A stretch of DNA of 63,591 nt, filler included, from Collodictyon triciliatum (lineage: Eukaryota): assembly GCA_043381765.1 (NCBI GenBank). It is 29 parts of 29 records of this genome, joined end to end, with 100 filler letters (N's around TTAATTAATTAA, not from the genome) between each part and the next. Parts side by side here need not be neighbours in the genome. Positions count along the whole stretch, not along the records: positions 26,617 to 28,738 come from JBHJMP010009478.1; positions 28,839 to 30,952 come from JBHJMP010009479.1; positions 31,053 to 33,166 come from JBHJMP010009480.1; positions 33,267 to 35,379 come from JBHJMP010009481.1; positions 35,480 to 37,592 come from JBHJMP010009482.1; positions 37,693 to 39,805 come from JBHJMP010009483.1; 23 more parts are not named here. One strand, given 5' to 3'. The position numbers and the translations under genes are program-made. The number at the start of each line of letters is the position of its first letter. The stretch's first letter is position 1. The notes below the pieces were generated by a model, which did no database searches, was not told the origin of the DNA, and saw only the letters and a list, made by a program, of their open reading frames with translations. Of the stretch, positions 26,864 through 38,450 are shown piece by piece.

Positions 26864-28570
26864 GAACTTACTGGAAAAATAGTACCCCATAAATCGTGAG
26901 CCTCCTCATGTCCCTCAACCTCGGGCATCTGTTATTCGGCCACAATCCGGCGCCGTTCTACGCCTGATTCATTCATGTGAATATTTTTCAATATCACTGC
27001 CTTCTTGTTTTTGTCCTATCACTTGGATGTTTCTGTGTGATGATGGTTTTTAAAAGAAAAAGAAGAGAAAGCGAATCTTAATACTGTCGATTTGTATCAA
27101 TCAAGGCAATGGGGAGAGAATAACCAGCTGCGGGTCTAATAAAGTCACTCGTGAAATAAAGCTCCCTTTAACAAAGTTTAAAGGAGAAGGAACAGATTAT
27201 CGAGGTATTTTATAAAGTGACATTCAGCATATCAGGTTTTGCTTGTGTATTTAACACTATATAGTGGCTTTGGATTGTGGACGAAGTAAGTTACTCATCA
27301 TACCACTTGTCCATAATCTACCTGTTAACTTGATGGATAGGACACAGCGCCCCGGTTCTTTTAGTTGCGTATAGTCTCAAGAATGTTATTTGTTGACTTT
27401 TTCTGCTGATAGAACGGTTCGGCTCTGGGGCAGTGGAAATCCTAACACATTTGTCATTTTTCGATACGTTGTCAACAACACAAAGGATGATGCAAGGGTA
27501 TTGGAATTCTCTGTTTTTTCTTTTAAAAACATAATGCTCATGTTCATATATATAAACGGACTCTCTAAGTACGGCCATAAATATAGCTATTTATATTATT
27601 TTTTTAAATTATCAATATTTTTTTACACTTTTTTTAAATAATTAAATGAAGGAGAATCCAGAGTTTTCAGGCCCAATTCGGCAATCAAAGTTCTATTAAA
27701 TGAATAAATGTGTTCTTATTAGTTGTGGCAGTAAGTTGATTGGGTACAAACACGTGATTGAGGAAACCCCTAAAGACGACCTCCTTCGGTAATGGCGAAA
27801 GAAAGCCTTACAATCTCAAATGACACCTTTCAAAGGATTTTTTTGCTCTAATATCCTTGTATGTATAACACCTCCTCAAATCGATGAAATAAATGTAATA
27901 AAAAAAATATAAAAACAGGTTCCAGAATAACAAGAAGTATATATATCAGTTGTGAAATTATCATCAGAGGCCTAAAGTATCACAGATTTTGCATGCATAA
28001 ATTCCTTTTTATCACGTAAGGAAATTTCCATCTAGGTCACTTTCGCTGAAAAAAAAAAACTTATTTATTATTCCCTGTACTTGTATGGCATTGTATGACA
28101 TGATTAATCATATTATTTATACATTCATTTTTTTAACTAATCGATTTTTTTTTCTACGTCAAGATATTGTTATTTGTTCATCATCAGATGAGAGTCTCAC
28201 CGTATTCGATAAGGTCATAAAATCGATAGCACGGAAAATACCTGATGCACATGCTCGCCCCATACATAGGTTTCCATATCATTATATATTTGCATACTCG
28301 CAAAACGTCCTATGTCCCGACAATCTTATAATACGCATGATTTCTAATATTCGGCCATCACGGATTCCTTGTTTCTCTTTCTACCTTTTTTATCTATCAT
28401 CATTATTGTAAAAAAAAGAAAAAAGTAATTTAATTGATTATTCCTTTAATCTTCAGTGTTAGAATGTGTGAAAACTCTTAATCTGTACCACATCCACCGG
28501 AGTCTTATGAACTCTTTTTAACTGCGGCCACAGATAATTATGTGAAGCTATGGGACTTGAGAGCGAATTG
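26864..28570 (+). pseudogene. WDR27: WDR27-like unprocessed pseudogene
   Basis: Exons give KLPLTKFKGEGTDYRGH, SADRTVRLW, SITDFACINSFLSH, DAHARPIH and YELFLTAATDNYVKLWDLRAN; four in-frame stops (26880, 27697, 27973, 28479) and two frameshifts (~27378, ~27940). Confidence 0.82.
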
Positions 28571-28639
28571 GTAAAGCATCAAAACAGCTTAGACTAGACT
28601 AAATGAAGCAGCACATCCATGATTATTTATTAGCACATC

Positions 28640-28738
<99 letters not shown>

Positions 28739-29166
28739 NNNNNNNNNNNNNNNNNNNNNNNNNNNNNNNNNNNNNNNNNNNNTTAATTAATTAANNNNNN
28801 NNNNNNNNNNNNNNNNNNNNNNNNNNNNNNNNNNNNNNTGTGGTCGAAGTGGTTGTTGGTTTCTTGTTTTTTTTTTTTTTTTTTTGGTTCTTTCTGTTGC
28901 ATAAATGAATGAGGGAATGTGTTCTGTCAGCCTTTAAATAAAGAATCTCACGCAGCTTGCCCTATCAACTGAACAATTGATGAAATGGTATGAATAATTG
29001 TGGGAGTCCCTTTCCCCCCGAAACTGAGATATATCCAACAAATGGCGATGGAAGGCGGCAAGGTATTGTAGTCAGCATGGGAGTCCACCAAAGAGCAGCT
29101 TGTGAGGCATGAGTGCCCTTGCTCCTATCATCCCACTGACTTTTTTTCAACACAAGAGCTTGCAGA

Positions 29167-30206
29167 TTACAGAATCAAGCAATGCTTCTTGCGATGCATC
29201 TTGCTTTTGGGGTCAACGGTCTTGTGTTCCTTTTCGAAGCGAATGTACTCGCGAATGCTTGTTGAAAAGCTCTCCTTCACATTGATACCCATCTTGGCGC
29301 TGGTTTCAATAAAAGCACAGCCCATGGACTTGGCGAGCTCTTTTCCCTCCGCTGTGCTTACCTTTTAAGGATTATTATATAGTTGAATACCCTTCCCGAA
29401 CTTGGTTTTTTTTTTTAAGAAAAAGCAGCGGACCGAACAATATATTTTACTACCATGATACATTCTATCATGGTATAAATATAAATTTACCTCGCGGTCT
29501 TTCTCGCGGTCCATCATATTTCCTACCAGAACCATGGGGACTTTTTCCTTGTCTTGAGCTGCAATTATTCGCTGATGAAACTTTGTAACCTCTTGAAAGC
29601 TCTTTTGGCTCGTGATGCTGTATATAAGGACGAAGCACTGGTGATAATGATGGAGAGGAGAGGAAAGGAGAAAGAGAGAACTGTCAGCAGAAATTCACAT
29701 GATAAGCATCGGGGTGACGAATGTCGTCTATAATCTGATGTTGCTAAATCTTGTATATATATGCAAAAAAGATACATTTTTTTCAAATAATGAGAAATAT
29801 CTTTGAAGAAACAAAAATCTTACGTGGCCGTTTCTGAACCATTCATCCTGTAAAACAACATACTCTTCCTGGCCACTGCATATACATATTATCATGAGCG
29901 CCAGGGATTTTTATTGTATTTTTTTGATTTCATAGCACGCTCGCACACCAAAAACATACACACACATAGAATCGATGCGGAATATTCAATTAAACCATAC
30001 GCAGTGTCCAGAATGTCCAGCAGATAAGCTTGGTCATCGATCACAACCTGCTTTCTGTAACTGTCTTCAATTGTAGGGTCGTAGTAGTCCACAAACGAGT
30101 TCATCACAAACTGGATAGTGAGAGAGCTCTTGCCAACAGCACCCGGGCCAGCAACAACGATACGCACTTTGCGCTGGATGTTTCCACTTTCCTTTGTGTT
30201 GCTCAT
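29167..30206 (-). CDS. Ras-family small GTPase (4 exons), CAAX box CLIL
   Basis: [42 protein letters not shown]-terminal CLIL*. Confidence 0.95.
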
Positions 30207-30600
30207 CTTGCAGATTGTTCTCTTGGGTTGTCTTGGGTTGTCTTGGGTTGTCTTGGGTTGCTATCCAGTGTTTCTTCTGCCCTGTGTTGCTTATAATCAC
30301 CTCAAGCGAGCGAGGATGAAATAGGAGCGTCGAATACGCCAGCTTGAAGCGCAAACGCTGATTTATATCTCCGACCCAAAAAGCAGCCCGAAGAAACGTT
30401 CCCCATCTCCCTCGCTGAAGAATTCCGCGAAAAAATCCGCTCCATTTATGCTTTATCATACCATATGTGGAAAAAGAAAGCTTTGCGCTTGCTGACAGAG
30501 ACACATCCTGACTGGTTCTAGACAGCGAGAGAGCGCAACGCGGCGGATTTGCAAGTGGCAGTCCAAACGAGCCATTTTCTTCATCACAGACTTTATTGAG

Positions 30601-30759
30601 TTACTGCTCTGCGGGGTCGAGGTTTTCAGGGTCGTAGGCGATGGGCTGACCGGACACGGAGAAGGGCACGTCGTATTGCTGGTCAAGACCCTGGTAGCTG
30701 TCTGAAACCAAGTAGAGAGTCACCAGACGCTCGTCAGCATTGCCCTCGCAACTCTTCGC
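30601..30759 (-). CDS. Last exon of a Sec63-domain helicase (ASCC3/Brr2-like)
   Basis: VTLYLVSDSYQGLDQQYDV matches the Sec63 C-terminal TLYxxSDxYxGLDQQY motif. Confidence 0.8.
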   Translation of the reverse strand, partial: AKSCEGNADERLVTLYLVSDSYQGLDQQYDVPFSVSGQPIAYDPENLDPAEQ

Positions 30760-31331
30760 CTATAAGAAAAAAAAGGAATCAGAGTGCGTTATCCAGATAC
30801 AAGTGAGGAGGAGGCTACATGTCATATCACTTTCTCTTGACGTGATGAAATGAGGAATAAACAAATAAACAAATAAACAAATAAACAAATAAACAAATAA
30901 ACAAATAAACAAATAAACAAATAAACAAATAAACAAATAAACAAATAAACAANNNNNNNNNNNNNNNNNNNNNNNNNNNNNNNNNNNNNNNNNNNNTTAA
31001 TTAATTAANNNNNNNNNNNNNNNNNNNNNNNNNNNNNNNNNNNNNNNNNNNNGCTTCGGTAACGCTAAGCCTGGGTGATCAGGGTTATCCGTTTATTCAA
31101 GTTTCGTACCCTTTCTTTCCGTCCTTATTAAAGGCGGGCGGCTTCGGCAACCGCTCGCTTAGCGCGCGACACAATTTTTTTGCCACAGCCGGTCGGTCGC
31201 CAAGCAGTGTCGAGTCTCGAGTCGACCTGCAACTGTCGTCTGTAACACGCAACCACTCGCACAAGCAACGCAACGTGGGCTCACGAGCACACCTGCACAC
31301 GTACATACACATGCACACATGAGGGCCGATA

Positions 31332-33166
31332 ACCGCAAAGGCTCTCCACTATGCCGGACTACGACGAAGTCTGCTTCACACAAGACCCGCAAAGGATCTC
31401 CGCTATGCCGAACTACGACGAAGTCTGCTCCACACAAGACCCGCAAAGGCTCTCCACTATGCCGAACGTCGACGAAGTCTGCCTCACACAAGACCCGCGA
31501 AGGCTCCACTATGCCGGACTGCGACGAAGTCTGCTTCACACAAGACCCGCAAAGGCTGTGCGTTACGCCGGACTGCGACGAAGTCTGCCTCACACAAGAC
31601 CCGCAAAGGCTCTCCACTATGCCGAACGTCGACGAAGTCTGCTTCACACAAGACTCGCAAAGGATCTCCACTATGCCGAACGTCGACGAAGTCTGCTTCA
31701 CACAAGACACACGAAGGATCTCCACTATGCCGAACGTCGACGAAGTCTGCCTCACACACAAGACCCGCGAAGGCTGTGCACTATGCCGGAATACGACGAA
31801 GGCTGCTTCACGCGCAAGACCCGATAAGGTTCCCCACTATGCCGAATGTCGACGCAGTCTGCTCCACGCAAGACCCACAAAGGATCTCCACTATGCCGAA
31901 CGTCGACGAAGTCTGCTCCACACAAGACCCACAAAGGCTCCCCATTATGCCGAACGTCGACGAAGTCTGCTTCACACAAGACCCGCAAAGGCTGTGCGTT
32001 ACGCCGGACTGCGACGAAGTCTGCTTCACACAAGACCCGCGAAGGCTCCCCGTTATGCCGAACGTCGACGAAGTCTGCTTCACACACTAAGACACGCAAA
32101 GGCTCCACTATGCCGGAATACGACGAAGTCTGCTTCACACAAGACCCGCAAAGGCTGTGCGTTACGCCGGACTGCGACGAAGTCTGCTCCACACAAGACC
32201 CGCAAAGGCTCTGCACTATGCCGGACGTCGACGAAGTCTGCTCCACACAAGACCCGCAAAGGCTCTGCACTATGCCGAACGTCGACGAAGTCTGCCTCAC
32301 ACAAGACCCGCAAAGGCTCTCCACTATACCGGACGTCGACGAAGTCTGCTTCGCCCAAGACCCGCAAAGGCTCTCCACTATGCCGAACGTCGACGAAGTC
32401 TGCTTCACGCAAGACCCACAAAGGATCTCCACTATGCTGAACGTCGACGAAGTCTGCTTCACACAAGACCCGCAAAGGATCTCCACTATGCCGAACGTGG
32501 ACGAAGTCTGCCTCACACAAGACCCTCAAAAGCTGTGCGTTATGCCGAACGTCGACGAAGTCCGCTTCACACAAGACCCGCGAAGGCTGTGCGTTATGCC
32601 GGAATATGACGATGTCTACTTCACACACAGAGACGAGCAAAAGCTCTGTACGTTATGCCGGAATATGACGAAGTCTGCTTCACACACAGAGACGAGCAAA
32701 AGCTCTGCACTATGCCGAATGCGACGAAGTCTGCTTCGCCCAAGACCTGCAAAGGCTCTGCACTATGCCCGGATACGAAAACCGTAAGTCTCGTGAAATC
32801 AGAAATTCTATTCTTAGCTACGCAACAAGCACTTTGATTTGTGCAAGCACATACCTAGCAGATGTTTTTGTCATAATTCATATGGAAGAATTTTTACCAT
32901 AAAAGTGAATAATAGAATTTCTCCTGCCAAAAATAGAGCAGTCTGTGTTCGGCTATGGGAACATTTAAAGTCCAATTACTTGTTTATGAAACGACAAAAT
33001 GCTTCGCACCCACTGAGACCTGCAGAGGCTCTGTGCTATGCCCGAATACGACGATGTCTGGTTCACACACACTGAGAACCCAAGAATACTCCACTATGCT
33101 GGAATGTGGCGAAATGTGCTTCACACACAAAACGCAGAAAGACATCAAACTATGCTGGAATACGTT
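31332..33166. repeat. GC-rich 54-bp minisatellite, about 26 core units plus a degenerate tail
   Basis: Unit CACAAGACCCGCAAAGGCTCTCCACTATGCCGAACGTCGACGAAGTCTGCTTCA, with 52- and 56-nt variants. Confidence 0.95.
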
Positions 33167-33266
33167 NNNNNNNNNNNNNNNNNNNNNNNNNNNNNNNNNN
33201 NNNNNNNNNNTTAATTAATTAANNNNNNNNNNNNNNNNNNNNNNNNNNNNNNNNNNNNNNNNNNNN

Positions 33267-35067
33267 TTTTTTTTTTTTTTTTTTGTACGCTTTAAAGGCT
33301 GTCGGAATAGTTTCACAAGATAGACCCGCAAGTTTAAAACATCCGGGTTTGAGAGACGACATGATGACTTTTTATCTCTATGTTTTTCGATTCCTTTTGT
33401 CCCGATAAGAACACTTTCCGTTGGTCGGACAGTCTCTAGCATTACCGAACTTGGTGAAGCAAATGTTAGCAGCTTATCATAATGACATTAAGGAAAATTT
33501 TGTAAAAAGGTTACTGCGCTTTATAAACCAAACAGTTCCTAAATATGATGATATTACGGAAGCTGTTAAAAAGCCAGAGCTACGAAAGTTAAAAAAAGCC
33601 ATCTTCAAGAATGTCGAAATACCGGAGCAATATCAAGAATGGGCTATAACGCATCTGCATTATATTATTCCCAGCGACATTGTTAATGGTATCGAATATG
33701 ACGTCAAATTCAATACAAATAAGTACATTCCATGCCTGATTTACATGAATCGCATTTTTGAGGACATTGGACACAAACTGCTTCATTCAATCTCTATAAG
33801 AACTAACAATACACCATGCCATATTACTCTAGGTACTGCATGTTTGATAGATCTATTAGCATCAAATGGAAAAACATTATTACTGAATAATATATCAGGA
33901 TGCAAAAAGACCCTGGGATTATTTTTAAATGAAGAAGGGGGTCTTTCATCAAAGATACTGCAATTTTAAATACATGACACAAACAGACGGCTTGGCGGTG
34001 TCATTATTGTTTGGAAAGAAAGGTATTTCAAATTCAAAAATCCTAATTTAGTCAAAAGAAAACCCAAGAATATCTTTATAGACGAACTTTCCGAAGAGCA
34101 TTTATCTTTATAAGCGAAAAATAAATAGTCAGAGTGGACGCAGGTAAGTTTAATTTGGTTTATATGGTGGATGAGGCGGGTAAGAAATTACGTTACACGA
34201 CACACCAAAGAAGACATGATAGCAAATCTCTTAAAAATCATAAAATACTCTTGTGCAAAAAAAAAAGTACAATTCTTCAGTTATATGCATGGCAACAGAT
34301 TTACAAAGTGCTGTTTCTTTTGGTCATATGGCTTTTGAAAAGAATCAGCGGTTTGAGACATTAAGCATATCTTTAATCGATTTAGAGACAGAACTGATTA
34401 AACATAATTCATGCACGGTCGATTATGAAAAAAAATAATCGAAAATATGTATCTATGAAATCAAAAATTCCGGATAGGATTTTTCAGATTTTATGAACAC
34501 TTAACTTTTCGAAAGATGAAATGGAGACTGTATACTAATACAAAAAGAAGTCAACAGTTGTTTATGGACCGAATCGAAAAGACATTTGGCAAGGATGTTG
34601 CACTGGCGTGTGGAAACTGGAGCAGAAAATCTCAGATGAAATATTCTAAGCCATCAATTGGAAGAGGATTACGAAAAATACTATCCAAATGTTTTGAAAT
34701 AGTTATTGTAGATGAATTTTAGAACCTCCAAGATGTGTTTTAACTGCGAAAAAGAACTGGAATATATGAAACTGAAAGGAAATTCAAAGAAAAGTGTATA
34801 GGTGTCTCATATGTAAAGAATGCAATCGCTTAGAAAGCAAACAAAGTGTATTCTTGACAAGGGACTTTAACAGGGCTAAGAATATACTCAAGAAATTATT
34901 TTTTTTACTCCTTCAAAAAATGCATACGCCTTCCTCTAAAAAATAGACTGTCGGGTCTTTCCTAGCAGTCTTCGCCACTACACAATCTTTGTGAAAACAG
35001 TGGTGAGATCTTAAATACTAGCGCACCAGGTTTACCATTCGTTCGATGGATATACTCCTTCTAGTAA
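33267..35067 (+). mobile_element. Fanzor1 (eukaryotic TnpB) element, pseudogenised copy A
   Basis: Across frameshifts: HNDIKENFVKRLLRFIN, QTDGLAVS, VDAGK (RuvC-I), LRYTTHQRR, GNWS..PSIGRGLRK, VDEFRTSKMCFNC (RuvC-II plus Zn finger), CKEC, TRDFN.AKNI (RuvC-III). Confidence 0.9.
34945..35067 (+). ncRNA. Predicted Fanzor omegaRNA scaffold, copy A
   Basis: Non-coding segment conserved with copy B; stems AGACTG/CAGTCT, TCGCCACT/AGTGGTGA and TACTAG/CTAGTA. Confidence 0.65.
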
Positions 35068-35094
35068 TGAACTATTTTTAAAGCATACGAAACT

Positions 35095-35379
35095 ATGAGG
35101 GTTCGATTTTACAGTACTCAGGATACACAGCCAACCACAGCCGTCCTGAACAACAAAGGAGAATGGCGCTCACGACTCCCCATCTCATACGGAGCGCCGT
35201 CGCCATTTATCTTTCGCCTGAAGAACCAAAGGCGGTCCATTACACCTGACTCTCCGCAATTCTCGATCGCCATGACGTACTCCAAGCTGTTTCGATATAA
35301 AATCATCAGTCCGAATCCCTACAAACCGGAGAAGATGAGTCGTTGGGCCGAAACTATAGGCATTATAGACCCGCCGATA
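35095..35379 (+). mobile_element. Probable fragment of a LINE ORF2 post-RT region
   Basis: Intronless, GC-richer open frame (..YSKLFRYKIISPNPYKPEKMSRW..) starting abruptly after the Fanzor end. Confidence 0.3.
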
Positions 35380-35738
35380 NNNNNNNNNNNNNNNNNNNNN
35401 NNNNNNNNNNNNNNNNNNNNNNNTTAATTAATTAANNNNNNNNNNNNNNNNNNNNNNNNNNNNNNNNNNNNNNNNNNNNTTGTTTTTGTTTTTGTTTTTG
35501 TTTTTGTTTTTGTTTTTGTTTTTGTTTTTGTTTTTGTTTTTGTTTTTGTTTTTGTTTTTGTATTTGTATTTGTATTTGTATTTGTATTTGTATTTGTATT
35601 TGTATTTGTATTTGTATTTGTATTTGTATTTGTATTTGTATTTGTATTTGTATTAGTCGATCCTCTCCGCTTACTCGACAGCAAATTGAAAAAAAAATGC
35701 AAAACATCGTATTCATGTTACTCTTATTATTCCTAAAG

Positions 35739-37461
35739 AGGATGGGAGTCTCTCTTGGAGATGTTGACGATGTTGCAAGAGCTATCCGTATCACTTCAAA
35801 ATTACATAGGCAATATTGTAGTGACCGTAAGTATTTCCACAGACAAGAGTTCAATTTTTCGATACTTATGCGTACTGTTGTGAGCCCCTTTCTCCAATCA
35901 ATGTCAGATATCAAGCACAGCATTGAGAGATGGTATAGGAGATGCATGCGGAATAAATCAAGAACTATGGAAAAAATTTATAGGGCAATTGGAAAAGCAT
36001 AATCACGTATTTCTGAACACACCCAATATATATTAACATGATTCTCGTTCTATAAACGAATTATGCTTTCCCTCTTCACTTTAACTTTCTCGAATTTTAA
36101 TTCGCCCTTTTATACTTGTAATTTACAGATCAATATTAATACTGTCAAAAAGTCTATGACCAAAGTTCAGTTCAGCTCTAATGACATCCGGAAGTTGACT
36201 CCATATCTCCTATTTGATAGTTTGTTTATATATTTATTAAACCGCCACATGATAATTATATTGCTTTTTTTCCTCCTGTTTTTTTTTTTTTTTTTGGTTT
36301 CTTTTCAACAGTTTCTTGAGAGAAAACTTCCTCCTGTTTTATAATATCTTTGTATTACGATATCAGAACCTATCGAACAATTGAGCACATTCCCAAAACC
36401 GATTACAAGAAGTATCAAATTGGAGCATGGACTAGAAAAAATACGGCGCTTTGGTCGGCTTATCAAAGATTGGGGAATAGATATTAAAGTAGACTTTATG
36501 ATATATTTACACCCTAAATCGGTCGAAAGAAATTAGCTGTTCTTCATTTTGATTTAGTGCATATATAGGCCATTTTTCTATTATGACCATTCACTCGTTT
36601 GTACCAACACCTTTAAACAAAATCCCTTCTCCCCCTTTCCTCCTTTTTTCTCTTCAACATTACAAGCTTAACTTCTCAGCCTTCTGCTTGACCGGTGGAC
36701 ATATTTATTCAGATATTATATTCAATGTAAGCTTTCTTCAATATTTATCGCTGCCGACTTGTATGTTTTATGCTACTTTATTTCTGTTTCCTACGCCCAG
36801 TAAAACTAATTGATGTTATGCCATAGTTCAAAACAGACCAGGATGATGTTATTATTGTTGGTGGCTCATTTGAGCCTCTTATAAGTAAATATTATATTTC
36901 ATGAATTGATCCAATCAGGGGTGTTGTGATATCGACTTCATTAATGCCACACAAAATTTTCTAATTCATGTAACTGGTACCAATTCAGCACCATATCGAA
37001 GATTGGATGAGTTTAATCAATTCTCTGCTTTTGGCTGCACAATATCATTGGACAGAATATCATCCACTATTATATCATCTCGAAACACGACACCAGTATA
37101 GACTATTCTATTCAAAAAAAAATTGTTCATTCGAATAAATCTGATAATACCACTCCAGGTTCATGTCTTGCAATTATATTCTATCACAGTTTGGCCCTCC
37201 TGGGGTTACTATTGTTCGATTGTCTGTCTCTTTTTCTCTGCTTGCTTTTTACAATATATAACTTAATAGGATAGCAGTCAAATCTTATTGCCTTCGGTTG
37301 ATGCAGTGGTATGGTCGCAGAGCAGAGATGCATCGCAACAGATTCACAAAGTTACAAACATACTTCGTCAGGCAGGATTTAAAGTGGATGCTTGTTATCA
37401 TTTCGAAACTAGTATTGACCAATTGTCTGCTGATTGCCGAAAACTCGGCATTCAATGGCTG
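35739..37461 (+). CDS. GCN2/eIF2AK4-like HisRS-related and anticodon-binding region (internal exons)
   Basis: LIKDWGID, IYSDIIF, IIVGGSFEPLI, AFGCTISLDRI, VDAVVWS..ILRQAGFKVDACY..GIQWL. Confidence 0.6.
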
Positions 37462-37495
37462 GTAAGAAGCCTACATTTCATGGAAATCTTATCTA

Positions 37496-37526
<31 letters not shown>

Positions 37527-38327
37527 TGTATGTATGTATGTATGTATGTATGTATGTATGTATGTATGTATGTATGTATGTATGTATGTATGNNNNNNNN
37601 NNNNNNNNNNNNNNNNNNNNNNNNNNNNNNNNNNNNTTAATTAATTAANNNNNNNNNNNNNNNNNNNNNNNNNNNNNNNNNNNNNNNNNNNNCTCTCTCT
37701 TTTTTCTCTCTCTTTTTTCTCTCTCTTTTTTCTCTCTCTTTTTTCTCTCTCTTTTTTCTCTCTCTTTTTTCTCTCTTTTTTTTCTCTCTCTCTTTTTTCT
37801 CTCTCTCTTTTTTCTCTTTTTCTTGAAAGGCAGAGCCCCTCCTTCCACTGGGAAACAAAAATAAGTTTTCTACCTCCTTTGCAAAGGACAACAAAGCGCT
37901 CAAGTCCAAGGTGGCCATCAGTCCGTCAGTCGGTCGGTCAGCGGGTTGCTTAGCTGTGCTGTTTATGTACGATCAAGGCGGTGGTTGAGGCGGGTGCTTT
38001 GGTGTGTCTGAGTCCCCTGCGTGCTTTCCTTGCAATCTGCTTGCTTCTGAGAAATCCCGCCCGAATCAGCCACAGTCTTTGGCGGAAACCGGAGTGTGAT
38101 GAAAGGGAAGAGAATGGAATGCGGTATCACCACACAGCGCGTTGCCCTTTGCCGTGGGCCTCCTCCTTGGAGTCAATACGCTCTGGTGAAAGCAGCTGTC
38201 ACGCTGTATCACGCCTGGCTTTTATGACACAAAAGGATTGAAGCAGATGCATATATCTACAATGAGAAGTACGCCCTAAAACCTAGGCGTCTCTTCTTTC
38301 TACGAGCTTCGATTCTTTCGTTTTCTT

Positions 38328-38450
38328 TTACTAGAAGAGGCATGCCATTCTTTCGATTGGTAAACCTGGTTCGCTAGTATCCAAAGTCTCATCACTTTTT
38401 TCACAGAGGTCGTGTAGTGGTGAAGACTTTCAGGAAATACCAGACAGCCT
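38328..38450 (-). ncRNA. Predicted Fanzor omegaRNA scaffold, copy B
   Basis: Aligns by eye to 34945-35067; similarity ends at CTTCTAGTAA. Confidence 0.62.

Noticed and set aside
27787-27800. TCGGTAATGGCGAA resembling the HDV ribozyme P4/J4-2 segment
   Set aside because: It straddles a WDR27 exon-intron junction, and no P1/P2/P3 double pseudoknot can be built; chance match.
26864-28570. TAA/TAG-to-Gln genetic code reassignment
   Set aside because: The same gene has frameshifts, Ras ends with TAA directly after its CAAX box, and the Gln-rich ORFs (15541-17655, 19972-22086) use only CAA/CAG.
29855-29870. A 16-nt GT..AG micro-intron in Ras
   Set aside because: Reading straight through gives the colinear switch II sequence [12 protein letters not shown], so no intron is needed.
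31332-32780. CRISPR array
   Set aside because: The putative spacers are recurring variants of one another, no cas genes are present and the host is eukaryotic.
36331-36345. In-frame TAA in the GCN2-like gene (PPVL*YL) as evidence of recoding or pseudogenisation
   Set aside because: An alternative acceptor at 36366 joins in frame to the exon ending at 35826, so the stop may be intronic; unresolved without cDNA.
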